Shown one piece after another: positions 32,807 to 41,049 of a stretch of DNA of 41,049 bases. Source of the DNA: Desulfobulbaceae bacterium (GTDB taxonomy: Bacteria > Desulfobacterota > Desulfobulbia > Desulfobulbales > Desulfobulbaceae); contig WGCP01000369.1 in the NCBI GenBank assembly GCA_015493715.1, forward strand, positions 1-41,049, in the 5' to 3' direction. Below the pieces are notes generated by a model. The model saw only the letters and a list, made by a program, of their open reading frames with translations, had not been told where the DNA came from and ran no database searches. Numbering within the stretch: position 1 is the stretch's first letter; every line of letters starts with the position of its first letter. The translations under genes were made by a program, and so were the position numbers.

Positions 32807-33027
32807 TATTCTCCCTCCTTCATCCACGATTTGTTGTACGTCTTCCTTGATTGTAGTCGTCGGGGACGGGGGCCCAGGCAGTCTATAATCCTCTCCGCTT
32901 CGGTTGTTTCCAGTTCAAACTGGTCAGAGATAAACGACTGGAACTCTTCAAAATGATATTCAAGGAAGCGTTTAATAATCGTTTTTTCCGTGTTTTTTTC
33001 ATCGGTTTTAAACGCATCCATAATCAC
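32806..33027 (-). CDS. Small acidic protein (73 aa)
   Basis: Early-operon ORF coupled to the DUF3164-like gene. Confidence 0.5.
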   Translation of the reverse strand: MIMDAFKTDEKNTEKTIIKRFLEYHFEEFQSFISDQFELETTEAERIIDCLGPRPRRLQSRKTYNKSWMKEGE

Positions 33028-33641
33028 ACCCCGGCAAGGTCAAGACGGATGGTCTCCCATTCTGATTCCCTGCTTTTTTTCACCTGGAAAATTAGATAAC
33101 TGCGGGTGCCGGTGACCGTGACCGCCTCGGTGATCAGCTCCATGGCCGCCTTCCACGTTTTATCTTTTATCAGGAGTTTGCGCAGGCCGAGGATCCGCTT
33201 GGTGTCGACGTTTCCCTTGCGATCGACCTTGAAGGCGTCAAAGACAACGGCCTTCAAATTGTCGTTGGCGCCCTCGCTCCAACGCTCCAAGCAATCATCT
33301 ATTTTTTGCTTGGCCAGCTGGAGCCGTTCGTCAAATTCGATGACTTTATTAATCTTTATCTGCAGCCGACTGGTGCCGGAAAAATTGGTCAACTGATAGT
33401 TCCCGCCCGGGGAGAGTGATTCCTCCCCGCACCGCGCGGACAGCCAGTCCAGGTATTTTGTGATATCCTTCATGACAGCCGCCTTGAACTTGGCCAACCG
33501 CTCCTGCATGAGCATGGCCTGCCTGATCTCTTTTTCAACCAGCTGGTCACGTTTCTTGTCCACCGGATCAATATACTTAGGCGGTACATGACTGCCGGCA
33601 GGGTCAATCCAGCGGCCCTTGGTGTCTTTTTCAGCCATCAC
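33024..33641 (-). CDS. DUF3164-like transposable-phage early protein
   Basis: GRWIDPAGSHVPPKYIDPVDKKRDQLV...FDERLQLAKQKIDDCLERW...AFKVDRKGNVDTKRILGLRKL pattern. Confidence 0.75.
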   Translation of the reverse strand: MMAEKDTKGRWIDPAGSHVPPKYIDPVDKKRDQLVEKEIRQAMLMQERLAKFKAAVMKDITKYLDWLSARCGEESLSPGGNYQLTNFSGTSRLQIKINKVIEFDERLQLAKQKIDDCLERWSEGANDNLKAVVFDAFKVDRKGNVDTKRILGLRKLLIKDKTWKAAMELITEAVTVTGTRSYLIFQVKKSRESEWETIRLDLAGV

Positions 33642-34039
33642 TGCACCTCGTTATTAGAGCCGACATCGGGAGCCATTAACATTCTGGACCGTTCGGCAGC
33701 CCGCATGTTACGCACCTGCAGATATGTATGCGCCGATCTGGCCAGGTTATCAGCTGCTGCCGCTATACGGAACAGGGTTGAGTCCGGCATTGCATATATA
33801 TCGTTTTCCAGCTCTATCATCACGCCGAGTGCGTCTATTTGCTCAAGCGTCTCCTGTTTGTATCCCCGGCAGGCAACCGAGACCGGCCCGTCCAGTTCCA
33901 ACGCCGTTAACGCGGTTTTTCTGATGGAACAAAGCCGTTCCAGTGCGTTTTCCGCGCCCGGGACATTCAGCAGGTTTTCCTGTAGTTCGCTGATGCTTGT
34001 TAAAATGTCGGTCAAGTTGTGAGTTATCTCGGTTTGCAT
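33638..34039 (-). CDS. Hypothetical early protein (133 aa)
   Basis: Operon position only. Confidence 0.55.
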   Translation of the reverse strand: MQTEITHNLTDILTSISELQENLLNVPGAENALERLCSIRKTALTALELDGPVSVACRGYKQETLEQIDALGVMIELENDIYAMPDSTLFRIAAAADNLARSAHTYLQVRNMRAAERSRMLMAPDVGSNNEVQ

Positions 34040-34055
34040 GATTTTTTCTCCTTTC

Positions 34056-34379
34056 TTAATTTCTTAATTCGCATTTAAGGCAGCATTTATAGAGCCGGAT
34101 CGTGGCCGGATTGCCGCACTTGACGCCTATTTTCTGCGCTTTTTCCCAAAAGCTGACACAAAGCTCCGGCTTAATATCACCCATGGCCGGGCAGGCGACC
34201 TTGCCGTTGTGGCCATAGATCGCCATGACCCTGGCCTCAATGGCATCGGTGGTGGCCGGGTATTTATCAGACAGGACCAGTGATATGGTTGATGCTGATA
34301 TTCCCAGTTCTCGGGCAACCATCGCCCGGCCCTTGATATCAGCCTGACGGCGCAGTATTTCAAGCCAGAATTCGCTCAT
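34056..34379 (-). CDS. HTH DNA-binding early protein with Cys cluster (107 aa)
   Basis: MVARELGISASTISLVLSDKYPA... followed by C..C...CxxC. Confidence 0.65.
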   Translation of the reverse strand: MSEFWLEILRRQADIKGRAMVARELGISASTISLVLSDKYPATTDAIEARVMAIYGHNGKVACPAMGDIKPELCVSFWEKAQKIGVKCGNPATIRLYKCCLKCELRN

Positions 34380-34870
34380 GATGTTCTCCCTTCCATACCG
34401 GTTGGCCTGGCAATCTGTCTACTGGCGAGCATATAGGTGGTGTACCGTCCGTCCTTGCCGGTCTTTTTGATGTACCCATACGTTTCGAGCAGAAAAACAT
34501 ATTCATCGACCGTTCCTCTGCCTGCTCCTGACGCAATGACCAGGTCACGGCGGGTAAAGTGTCGCTTTGCCCGAATGAGTCGCCATATCCGGCCGCGCAG
34601 TGTGTTTTTCTGCAGGGACTGTTTTGGCCGTTCGGTCAAATTTCGGATGATCTTCCAGGTTGGATTCCGCCGGGCAGGGCCGAATTCTCCAAAGCGCAGC
34701 GGTTGTGGATTGTCGGCGATTTCCTGCAGATATCCCTCGTTGGCAAGTTTATCAAGTGCCCGCAGGGCCGGACGCCTGGGAAGCTCGGTTTTGGTAAGAA
34801 CCTCCTGCAAACAGACCCGCTTTTTCTCACAGGTAAGCAGGTGATGAATAAGAGGATCCAGGACAGTCAT
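34376..34870 (-). CDS. Hypothetical protein, winged-helix-like repeats (164 aa)
   Basis: RRPALRALDKLANEGYL and GTVDEYVFLLETYGYI segments. Confidence 0.55.
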   Translation of the reverse strand: MTVLDPLIHHLLTCEKKRVCLQEVLTKTELPRRPALRALDKLANEGYLQEIADNPQPLRFGEFGPARRNPTWKIIRNLTERPKQSLQKNTLRGRIWRLIRAKRHFTRRDLVIASGAGRGTVDEYVFLLETYGYIKKTGKDGRYTTYMLASRQIARPTGMEGRTS

Positions 34871-35556
34871 TTTGCCCCCCTGTATTGCTGCAGGTCGGCG
34901 GCGGACACGCTTTTGAGATCATTCAGCCGCGCCATCTGCTCGGCCCTGGACATCCAGGTGGTTATCAGTCTGAGTTTGCCTTTCGACTGACCGAAAATGT
35001 ACGAAATCGCATCCTTATCAAGCGGTATCTCACATATTTGATCGGCGAGATTCGCGATTTCTTTTTCGTCAAAAAGGTTAAATTTGACGACCGCAGAAAT
35101 GCGGTCAAAGAGGTGGCGAAAACGCTTCAGTTTTTTGTCGGCATGTTCCATACCCATCAGGACAATGGGTATATTGGTAATATCGTTGAGATCCCGTAGG
35201 ACCTCGACCATGCCGCCGCGCATGAGATAGTCAACCTCATCCACAAGCAACGGCCGGGGACGATCAAAAAGCTGCTCAACCGCCTGGTCAAAGAGCGCGT
35301 CCGAACGAAAAGCCGGGGCCTCTCCGAGTTCGGCGACGATATTGCTCAGTAAACTGCGGCGGGAGGTGATATCCTTGGCCCTGATATACGGCACGTCATT
35401 CCTTGCCGCATACCACATCCCGGTCTCGGTTTTACCGGTGCCGGGAGGACCGAAGGCCAACATCATGCCGATCCTGCCCCTGATCGGCGTGCGCACAACT
35501 TCAATTCCGGCCGCAAACCGCTGCACGTTTTTTGTCATGGCAAAAGTGTCTTTCAT
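34867..35556 (-). CDS. MuB-like AAA+ transposition ATPase
   Basis: Walker A FGPPGTGKT and Walker B LLVDEVD. Directly downstream of the transposase. Confidence 0.9.
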   Translation of the reverse strand: MKDTFAMTKNVQRFAAGIEVVRTPIRGRIGMMLAFGPPGTGKTETGMWYAARNDVPYIRAKDITSRRSLLSNIVAELGEAPAFRSDALFDQAVEQLFDRPRPLLVDEVDYLMRGGMVEVLRDLNDITNIPIVLMGMEHADKKLKRFRHLFDRISAVVKFNLFDEKEIANLADQICEIPLDKDAISYIFGQSKGKLRLITTWMSRAEQMARLNDLKSVSAADLQQYRGAK

Positions 35557-35621
35557 CTGCTATTATTCCTCCTGTATCGTTTTTTTTGTACAAGGTTCGA
35601 CGTGCCGGCGTCGGACCTTTT

Positions 35622-37805
35622 TTATTTCATCGCCTGTTCTTTGGCGTCTTCAACGCCGTATTCAAGCCGCAGATCACCTACCAGCGACATGTACATCCGG
35701 CCGCCATCTTCCAGGTAATATTCATCAAGGAATGCACATTCATCCAGGGTGAGCGGGCGGGGAGATTGCCGCAGGGCCGCCAGGATAGCGTCAAACCGCT
35801 CGCTTTTTGTTGAGTATATACGCTGGATCGGCGCTGCTTTTTCTTCCTGCGGTCCTGCCGGACGCTGCTTTTCTACTGGACGATTAACCTCGACCAGATC
35901 GATATACTGGTCATCGGTCATCTGCCGGATGGCGGTATCATGGTCCTGGTCGGCATGGATAATGAGGTCTTTATCTATATCCATATCAAGCAGGTGGATT
36001 CCCGACCTCTCGGCCTCAACCTCTTCAATCTTGCGTTCAAGCAGCTTTTTCCGGCCGGTGTAGCGTTTGTCTCGGTCCTGTTCTACTTCTGAAAGCGGGT
36101 AAAAGTCTTTCTTGTTCCTGTTCAGATGTGCCAGGCATATCAACCGTTGCTCCATATCACGGACACGGACGTATGACGGGTCATGGATGTCATATTCAAC
36201 AATGACCTTCTCGCCGTGGTAATGCTCCAGGGCGGCCTCGTAATAGACATTGTTGTGCAGGCTGATCTGGCTACGGATAGCCTTGCGGACAGTCTGAGGA
36301 CGGAACAAATCGGACAGGATCTCCGGCGGCAGCAGTGTCGGTTCCCAGCCGTTTTTTATCGCCGTAAACCATGCTTCCGCAGGGGTCATGTGCCTGATGC
36401 GCTGCGTGGCGGCATCCCGCATCTTCGGCAGCCCGGCATGCGGCGTGTTGTTGTAATCGCGGACCGATTGCTCGCAAAATTCGATAAATTGTCGCCAGGA
36501 CGGCAGGTCACTGGTCACGCATGTGCCGGTGGCTTTGACCTCTTTTTCATGGGCAAGGTAAATTTTTCTCTTGACCAGTTCGTCCATTCCTTTGCCGACA
36601 TAGGTGTCAAGCTTGCGGGCTGCGGAGATCCAGAGCCGTTGGTTTGTTTTCTCGACCAGGCCGCGCCCCTGGGCGTTGCCGGGGATGCCGGTTTTGTGGG
36701 TTATTCCGGCCCTGGCAAGGACGCCGGTAACCTCATCACTGAGGATGTGGGCCATGTTGCCGGCGCCGTTATCCGTATACAGGATGGCAGGCACACCGCC
36801 CCACGGCTTTTGATCATTGACCGTCATGGCGTTGCGCAGGGCATCGGCCACCGTATGGGCTGATTCAGCCAGGCCCGTTGACCAGCCGAGGCACATCTTT
36901 GTTTTCACATCGATGACAGCGCAGACCTCCGGTTTAAACGGCCTGCCGTGAACCGGATGCGCGACCTTTGCCTTGAAGGAATGGCCGTCACACTGCACGA
37001 CATCACAGGGGAGCAGGTTGTCCGTGGATCGTTTAATATAACCGCGAAAACGCTTGAGAGCAGACGGGCTGTGTCTCCCTTTTTCCCGTTCCAGCCGGGA
37101 TCGTTTGTGATGGTATCGCCGGAGCTGGTGATAGCTCGGCATCTGGATATTTTCCGGCAGGATATGCTCCAGCTCCCGCATTGCCTCCGGTATGGACGGC
37201 TTTTGCGGTCGGTTGTAAACTTTATGAAAATAAGGACCCCATTCGGGGACCTGCTCCTTGCGAGCCTGTTTTGGGGCCAGAGATGCCTCACCGTATCGAC
37301 GGATTTTACGCTGCCAGCCGAAGATTGTGGACCGGGAGAGTGTGCGTCCGTTGCCTCGGCGCGCATTGGCAAGGTGGACCATCTTTTGTAGATTTTCCGG
37401 AAGCATTTCTGCTTTGGCAAGCTTTACCAGCTTGTCCGCCGCCTTCGTGGCGCCGTGTAGTTCTTTAAGCTCTTCAAATTTCCGGTACAGCGCCAGGCGC
37501 GCGGTGAGCACGTCCCTCTGCCATTTTTTCAAGGAGCCGGTTTCCGCCCTGGCGTCTGCGGTTGCAACGATGGTTTTTGTATGAGCCGGTAGTATTGGTA
37601 ATATTTCGGCGCTGGCACGGCAAAACAGGTCATCCCTGGTCTCTTGCGGGAGAGATTCAATATAATATTCCCGGCCGCCACCGCGATTACTGGTATTGTA
37701 TTTATAGAGCCAGTCTTCGCGTTTTGCTTTTGCGTTGATACCCTGCACCGTCTTCGGCATACCGGCAACCCCTGCTAATTCTGCTGCCGTGTACCATTTC
37801 TTCAT
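35622..37805 (-). CDS. Mu A-like DDE transposase (727 aa)
   Basis: N-terminal Mu-type HTH WYTAAELAGVAGMPKTVQGINAKAKREDW. DDE candidates in VVQCDGHSF, ILYTDNGAG and GLVEKTNQ. Confidence 0.95.
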   Translation of the reverse strand: MKKWYTAAELAGVAGMPKTVQGINAKAKREDWLYKYNTSNRGGGREYYIESLPQETRDDLFCRASAEILPILPAHTKTIVATADARAETGSLKKWQRDVLTARLALYRKFEELKELHGATKAADKLVKLAKAEMLPENLQKMVHLANARRGNGRTLSRSTIFGWQRKIRRYGEASLAPKQARKEQVPEWGPYFHKVYNRPQKPSIPEAMRELEHILPENIQMPSYHQLRRYHHKRSRLEREKGRHSPSALKRFRGYIKRSTDNLLPCDVVQCDGHSFKAKVAHPVHGRPFKPEVCAVIDVKTKMCLGWSTGLAESAHTVADALRNAMTVNDQKPWGGVPAILYTDNGAGNMAHILSDEVTGVLARAGITHKTGIPGNAQGRGLVEKTNQRLWISAARKLDTYVGKGMDELVKRKIYLAHEKEVKATGTCVTSDLPSWRQFIEFCEQSVRDYNNTPHAGLPKMRDAATQRIRHMTPAEAWFTAIKNGWEPTLLPPEILSDLFRPQTVRKAIRSQISLHNNVYYEAALEHYHGEKVIVEYDIHDPSYVRVRDMEQRLICLAHLNRNKKDFYPLSEVEQDRDKRYTGRKKLLERKIEEVEAERSGIHLLDMDIDKDLIIHADQDHDTAIRQMTDDQYIDLVEVNRPVEKQRPAGPQEEKAAPIQRIYSTKSERFDAILAALRQSPRPLTLDECAFLDEYYLEDGGRMYMSLVGDLRLEYGVEDAKEQAMK

Positions 37806-38020
37806 GCCGCATCCTTTATGTCTGTCGGCAGGTCTAAGTATTTTTCCGGGCAGCCATTATCAACAAACCAACGCAAGACACGCTTATTATTTTCGTCTCC
37901 ATAAACCGTCGTACGCACAGTTCTTGAGTCTGCATATCCGAGGATATCTCTGATTTCCCTGTAGGTGATCCCTCTGCGGATCATCCACACCCTGATCTCT
38001 GTTGAGTTTCTTTCTTTCAT
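37802..38020 (-). CDS. ner: Ner-like small DNA-binding protein
   Basis: 72 aa immediately upstream of A. WMIRRGITYREIRDILGY is HTH-like. Confidence 0.6.
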   Translation of the reverse strand: MKERNSTEIRVWMIRRGITYREIRDILGYADSRTVRTTVYGDENNKRVLRWFVDNGCPEKYLDLPTDIKDAA

Positions 38021-38655
38021 TTTTCGAGTATCTCCATAAGCATAACTAAATTATTGAGGACAACCTTTCTGGAGGTGTCTCGCCAGTTCTTTTGTCGCTC
38101 AATCTCAATCTGTTGCCAAAGCCTTTCCCATGTATCAAAAAAGGCATCAGATTGGCGATTTTTAGCGGCCGCCTTTATAGAGCTCTTGCTCTTTTTTACC
38201 TGCCGGTGGAAACTTTCTCCCTGGTGCAGCAGGACCTCGCTTTTTGTAAGGCGGGCGGTTAGAGGATGTCCATCCTCTACCTTTTTTACGACTTTATTCC
38301 AGACGATGGGCTGTTCTTCAGGTGGCAGTTTCGCCAGCTCTCTGGCCTGGGCTTCATTTTGCGGTATAATGATTCCAGATAGTTGCGTGTTATTTTGTGT
38401 ACAATTGTTCACATTTTCCACTGCATGTGCCGCATCAATAAGCTGGTAAGCCCTCCTGCTGCAGATGTCCCAAAACTCCGTGCAGTATCCCTCAAAGGTC
38501 CGACCGTTCTCATCTCTGTATAGCCGGTTATCTCTAATCTCGGTCAACGCGTTACCGACGGCCACAAAACCAAGGAAGTTGTCTTTAATGGTCTGTTCAA
38601 GTTCCTTTAATCGGTCTTTTTCTACTTCGGTTAATGGATGCTCGATTAATTCCAC
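38017..38655 (-). CDS. DUF3102-like protein
   Basis: FLGFVAVGNALTEIRDNRLYRDE..RTFEGYCTEFWDICSRRAYQLIDAAHAV pattern. AAGGGG SD before the GTG at 38655. Confidence 0.7.
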   Translation of the reverse strand: MELIEHPLTEVEKDRLKELEQTIKDNFLGFVAVGNALTEIRDNRLYRDENGRTFEGYCTEFWDICSRRAYQLIDAAHAVENVNNCTQNNTQLSGIIIPQNEAQARELAKLPPEEQPIVWNKVVKKVEDGHPLTARLTKSEVLLHQGESFHRQVKKSKSSIKAAAKNRQSDAFFDTWERLWQQIEIERQKNWRDTSRKVVLNNLVMLMEILEK

Positions 38656-38666
38656 CGCTTTCCCCT

Positions 38667-39086
38667 TTACAGTTCTGCTTCCAAGCGGCGCATTTGCGCC
38701 TTGGTTGCTTTGACTGATTGATAATGTTCCGCCCACTTGAGCAGCTTTGCCTCTTTCTCATTTATTATCCGGTAGCCAAGAGGTTCTATCAATACCCGTA
38801 TAGGCTCTTTGCTCTCCACCACCGCACAAAACACGGGCAGGGCCTTGACTGGGATGACCCTCTCTTTGTCCCCTGGGTTAAGCCACTTCTCCAACGTGGC
38901 CAGGCTTAATCTCCGGCCATTACCCTTCATCAGGCGAACTCCGTACCTTTCGGCCAGCTCATTCATGCGATCGCATATCTCATCGCGAGACAGACCGCAT
39001 GCATCAGCAGCAGTGGCCATCGCCGTCTTGATATCTCGCAAGACGTTGAGGCTCGGCTGGTTAAAGAGGTTGAGTTGATTGACCAT
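38667..39086 (-). CDS. Early regulatory-type protein (139 aa), HTH-like
   Basis: ACGLSRDEICDRMNELAERYG... resembles phage regulatory proteins. Confidence 0.6.
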   Translation of the reverse strand: MVNQLNLFNQPSLNVLRDIKTAMATAADACGLSRDEICDRMNELAERYGVRLMKGNGRRLSLATLEKWLNPGDKERVIPVKALPVFCAVVESKEPIRVLIEPLGYRIINEKEAKLLKWAEHYQSVKATKAQMRRLEAEL

Positions 39087-39093
39087 GTTGTTT

Positions 39094-39387
39094 TTAGAAC
39101 TGTCCTTGTGTCACCCGTGATGACAGCCTGAGAGCCTGCCTAATTGAGCAAAATCTGTATTTGTATCCATCCTTGCCGTGCCACCTGCCGTTTATCCTGA
39201 TTCTATATCTAGCTCTCCAGTAGCTGTCGTTGTGCAGAGGTGGCCGTGGATAAATGTTCCGCTTGTACGGCCGCCATAATCGTCGCCATTTTTCAGCCCT
39301 GAAAAGTTCAATTTTGATTGTTTTTTTGCCCTCTCTTCCAGCAACTCTAAATCGCCAGATAGCATCAGGTAGCCGGTATTCACTCAT
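39094..39387 (-). CDS. Very basic small protein (97 aa), possible AP2-like DNA-binding segment
   Basis: YWRARYRIRINGRWHGKDGYKYRFCSIRQAL. No SD. An alternative frame (39192..39383) is also open. Confidence 0.4.
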   Translation of the reverse strand: MSEYRLPDAIWRFRVAGREGKKTIKIELFRAEKWRRLWRPYKRNIYPRPPLHNDSYWRARYRIRINGRWHGKDGYKYRFCSIRQALRLSSRVTQGQF

Positions 39388-39477
39388 AAAAAAGACAAAG
39401 GCATTGAAGAAAATACCCCTCGTGCTACTCTGGGCCAGGAATCCAATCCAACAACCATTTCACACGAGGAGGAAGCA

Positions 39478-39735
39478 ATGGGAAAAGAACGAATTGCCAA
39501 GACAATTGCCGAATTACAGGTTGACATTGAAATGCTCACCAATGAAATTGAGGCGCACAGACTCGTTATAGGCTGGTTGATTGCACACACGCCAGATAAT
39601 GGCGGTATGAGATTCTTAAGAAACCAGGCAAATATCATTGATCCTGATGGACAAGGAGAAAACATTGTCGCTAACGAACTCGACTCATTAAGATCTCTTG
39701 CCGCCTCTCTTGTCGTTGACGATGGGAATCATTAA
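39478..39735 (+). CDS. Hypothetical protein (85 aa), oriented against the early transcript
   Basis: GAGGAGG SD 5 nt before the ATG. Confidence 0.5.
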   Translation: MGKERIAKTIAELQVDIEMLTNEIEAHRLVIGWLIAHTPDNGGMRFLRNQANIIDPDGQGENIVANELDSLRSLAASLVVDDGNH

Positions 39736-39856
39736 TAACTGAAAGAGGAAATACCTTAACTTCTCCAATATCAAACTTCGGGAGAATTAACCTTGAGGCC
39801 TGATATGTTCCTTCTCCAAATTTAATCAAACGCTGTTCCTTTTTTTCACCGTCCAT
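39671..39856 (-). CDS. First ORF downstream of the early promoter (61 aa)
   Basis: GGGAG SD. The 3' end overlaps the plus-strand ORF by 65 nt. Confidence 0.35.
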   Translation of the reverse strand: MDGEKKEQRLIKFGEGTYQASRLILPKFDIGEVKVFPLSVINDSHRQRQERRQEILMSRVR

Positions 39857-39967
39857 CGCATCTCCCTTTTGCCGTCCGATTAAAAAATCAACCGGACATT
39901 GATTTAGATTCAGATATTGTGTAATCTGAAGTTAAAAATAGCCTGTAAAGGCGTTATCGTTTGTTAA

Positions 39968-39996
39968 TTTATACAAGTATTGTTTACGGCTGTCAA
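39968..39996 (-). promoter_or_regulatory. Early promoter (Pe-equivalent)
   Basis: Minus strand reads TTGACA (39996-39991), 17 nt, TATAAA (39973-39968). Confidence 0.7.
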
Positions 39997-40002
39997 TAAG
40001 AA

Positions 40003-40030
40003 AACTTGTTTCAAGTTACAATTGTATAAT
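40003..40030 (+). promoter_or_regulatory. Operator-like palindromes overlapping a TATAAT box facing the repressor gene
   Basis: AACTTG-TTT-CAAGTT (40003-40017), TACAATTGTA (40017-40026), TATAAT (40025-40030). No good -35 element. Confidence 0.5.
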
Positions 40031-40089
40031 TTTTCTTGGTTTTTTGTACTATCTGATTGTTTTTTTGCGAAAAACCAACTGTCACTGTA

Positions 40090-40680
40090 ATGAAAAGTGG
40101 CTTTCAACTTCCTTTCAACTTCCGGACATACAACTTGAAAGAGAAAAACGTCAAAGAAAACTTTGCGGAGAGGATAAGAAAAGCTGCTGATTCTATAGGC
40201 GGACAGGCAGAGCTATCCCGCAGGACAGGTATATCAAAGGTAAGTATTGGAGCATACGCGTCCGGAAAATCAGATCCATCGAGAGAGAGACTAATTCTCA
40301 TTGCAAAGGCAACTGACTATCCTCTTCTTTGGTTAGCAACGGGGTCGGATAAAGAAAATCAGCAGTCTGGAAAAACATTGCAATGCACTAATGACCATGG
40401 GAAATACGAAAAGATACGAATATCAGAAAAACTACAGAAAACTGCGGAAATACTTGAGTCTAAAACTATATATAGGACCGCTCTGGCTGCCAATATCGAC
40501 GCCTTTCATCATGCCGTCGCCCAGGACAACCAGGTCCGGAAGAATGAAAAGGAATTGGCCGCCCAGCAGAAAAGAATAGCCGACCTGGAGAGCAGAATTG
40601 TCTCCCTTGAAAAGCTGCTCTCTTCGGTTTCGGCCACACCAGGGGACTACCAGAAGAAAAACAAAGACAATGCCGCATGA
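40090..40680 (+). CDS. XRE-family repressor (Mu c-equivalent) with coiled-coil C-terminus
   Basis: FAERIRKAADSIGGQAELSRRTGISKVSIGAYASGKSDPSRERLILIAKATDYPLLWLATG. Transcribed toward the phage end, as Mu c is. First ATG at 40090 (the ORF-track start at 40057 is TTG). Confidence 0.85.
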   Translation: MKSGFQLPFNFRTYNLKEKNVKENFAERIRKAADSIGGQAELSRRTGISKVSIGAYASGKSDPSRERLILIAKATDYPLLWLATGSDKENQQSGKTLQCTNDHGKYEKIRISEKLQKTAEILESKTIYRTALAANIDAFHHAVAQDNQVRKNEKELAAQQKRIADLESRIVSLEKLLSSVSATPGDYQKKNKDNAA

Positions 40681-40693
40681 GACTCTTATAAAC

Positions 40694-40736
40694 AAAAAAA
40701 GCTTCTCTCTATTATATATAGGTGAAGCTTTTTTTG
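40694..40736. terminator. Bidirectional intrinsic terminator after the repressor gene
   Basis: AAAAAAAGCTTC-(loop)-GAAGCTTTTTTT. Confidence 0.75.
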
Positions 40737-40738
40737 AA

Positions 40739-40800
40739 GTTTAAAAGCAACCGCACAATTTTCATTTTTTCCCGTTTTTTCTGCGCGCTTGCTTTTAAAC
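40739..40800. repeat. Internal copies of the end motif at the c-proximal end
   Basis: GTTTAAAAGCAACCGC at 40739-40754 (14 of 16 vs GTTCTAAAGCAACCGC). An oppositely oriented GCGCGCTTGCTTTTAAAC at 40783-40800. Confidence 0.55.
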
Positions 40801-40872
40801 TTATTTTTATTTATTTTTCACTTTTTCATAACCATTTCACAACCTTTTAATCCACATTTGAAATTATACCTT

Positions 40873-40897
40873 AGTTCTAAACCTCCCACCCCTTTAC
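40873..40897 (+). repeat. Prophage end (Mu attL-equivalent) terminal inverted repeat
   Basis: GTTCTAAACCTCCCACCCCTTTACA, 17 of 25 positions identical to the reverse complement of 152-176. Ends in CA. Confidence 0.7.
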
Positions 40898-41049
40898 AAT
40901 CGCCGATACGACTGCCCTTATGGAGCAGCAAGCCTTTATAAAGATCCTCAGTCATCGGCAGCCAGGATGATTCCCACGAGCCATCTTTCGTTTTCCTGGT
41001 GTACAGTCTGATTTTCTTTTCGGCTAAATCCACATCTTCCCATTTCAAC
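40898..41049 (-). pseudogene. 5'/middle part of the interrupted tyrosine recombinase gene (enters from beyond the window)
   Basis: Reads (L)KWEDVDLAEKKIRLYTRKTKDGSWESSWLPMTEDLYKGLLLHKGSRIGD, then runs into phage-end sequence and stops at 40818. Confidence 0.8.

Larger units (their letters stand above)
152..40897 (-). mobile_element. Complete Mu-like transposable prophage (40,746 bp), siphovirus-type tail module
   Basis: TG...CA termini, 25-bp imperfect inverted ends, flanking ATCG repeat, interrupted host ORF, and Mu-type synteny (repressor, ner-like, A, B, gemA, mor, lysis, terminase, portal, F, G, I, capsid, tail). Confidence 0.9.

Noticed and set aside
39087-39100. Internal GTTCTAAAAACAAC resembling the end motif (possible internal transposase site or enhancer)
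   Set aside because: It is a single partial match that needs an indel. It sits at a gene start and I saw no second copy nearby, so it cannot be supported.

Overview
The window is almost entirely one complete Mu-like transposable prophage, 152..40897 (40,746 bp), read on the minus strand. It sits inside a tyrosine-recombinase (integrase) gene, whose two halves occupy the window edges (40898-41049 and 1-151). The ends are 5'-TG...CA-3' with 25-bp imperfect inverted termini and a flanking ATCG direct repeat. Gene order is Mu-type: XRE repressor (plus strand, facing the end), back-to-back promoters, Ner-like protein, DDE transposase A, AAA+ protein B, about 20 small early ORFs (DUF3164-like, an internal XRE-HTH, GemA-like, Mor-like), a middle unit with an ORF6N-HTH protein, a lysis cassette, then terminase, portal, F, G, I protease/scaffold, decoration-like protein and major capsid. 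The tail module looks siphovirus-like (tube candidate, G/GT chaperone with a CCCAAAC -1 slip site, 1275-aa tape measure, no sheath recognised), followed by fibre-like genes and a five-gene terminal accessory cluster. The most interesting parts are accessory: (i) a low-GC island at 27.1-28.6 kb with its own promoter, operator and leader hairpin driving a plus-strand pair (64-aa basic protein plus 195-aa tail-anchored protein with an R-x4-H motif); (ii) a plus-strand 3-TM membrane-protein cassette bracketed by terminators; (iii) two 17-bp dyads with compensatory substitutions inside the ORF6N-HTH gene; (iv) early-region cassettes flanked by 62-bp and 34-bp direct repeats; (v) a possible phospholipase-A2-like gene as the last phage gene. 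No rRNA, tRNA, CRISPR array or reverse transcriptase was seen. All family assignments come from motif recognition by eye; no database search was run.
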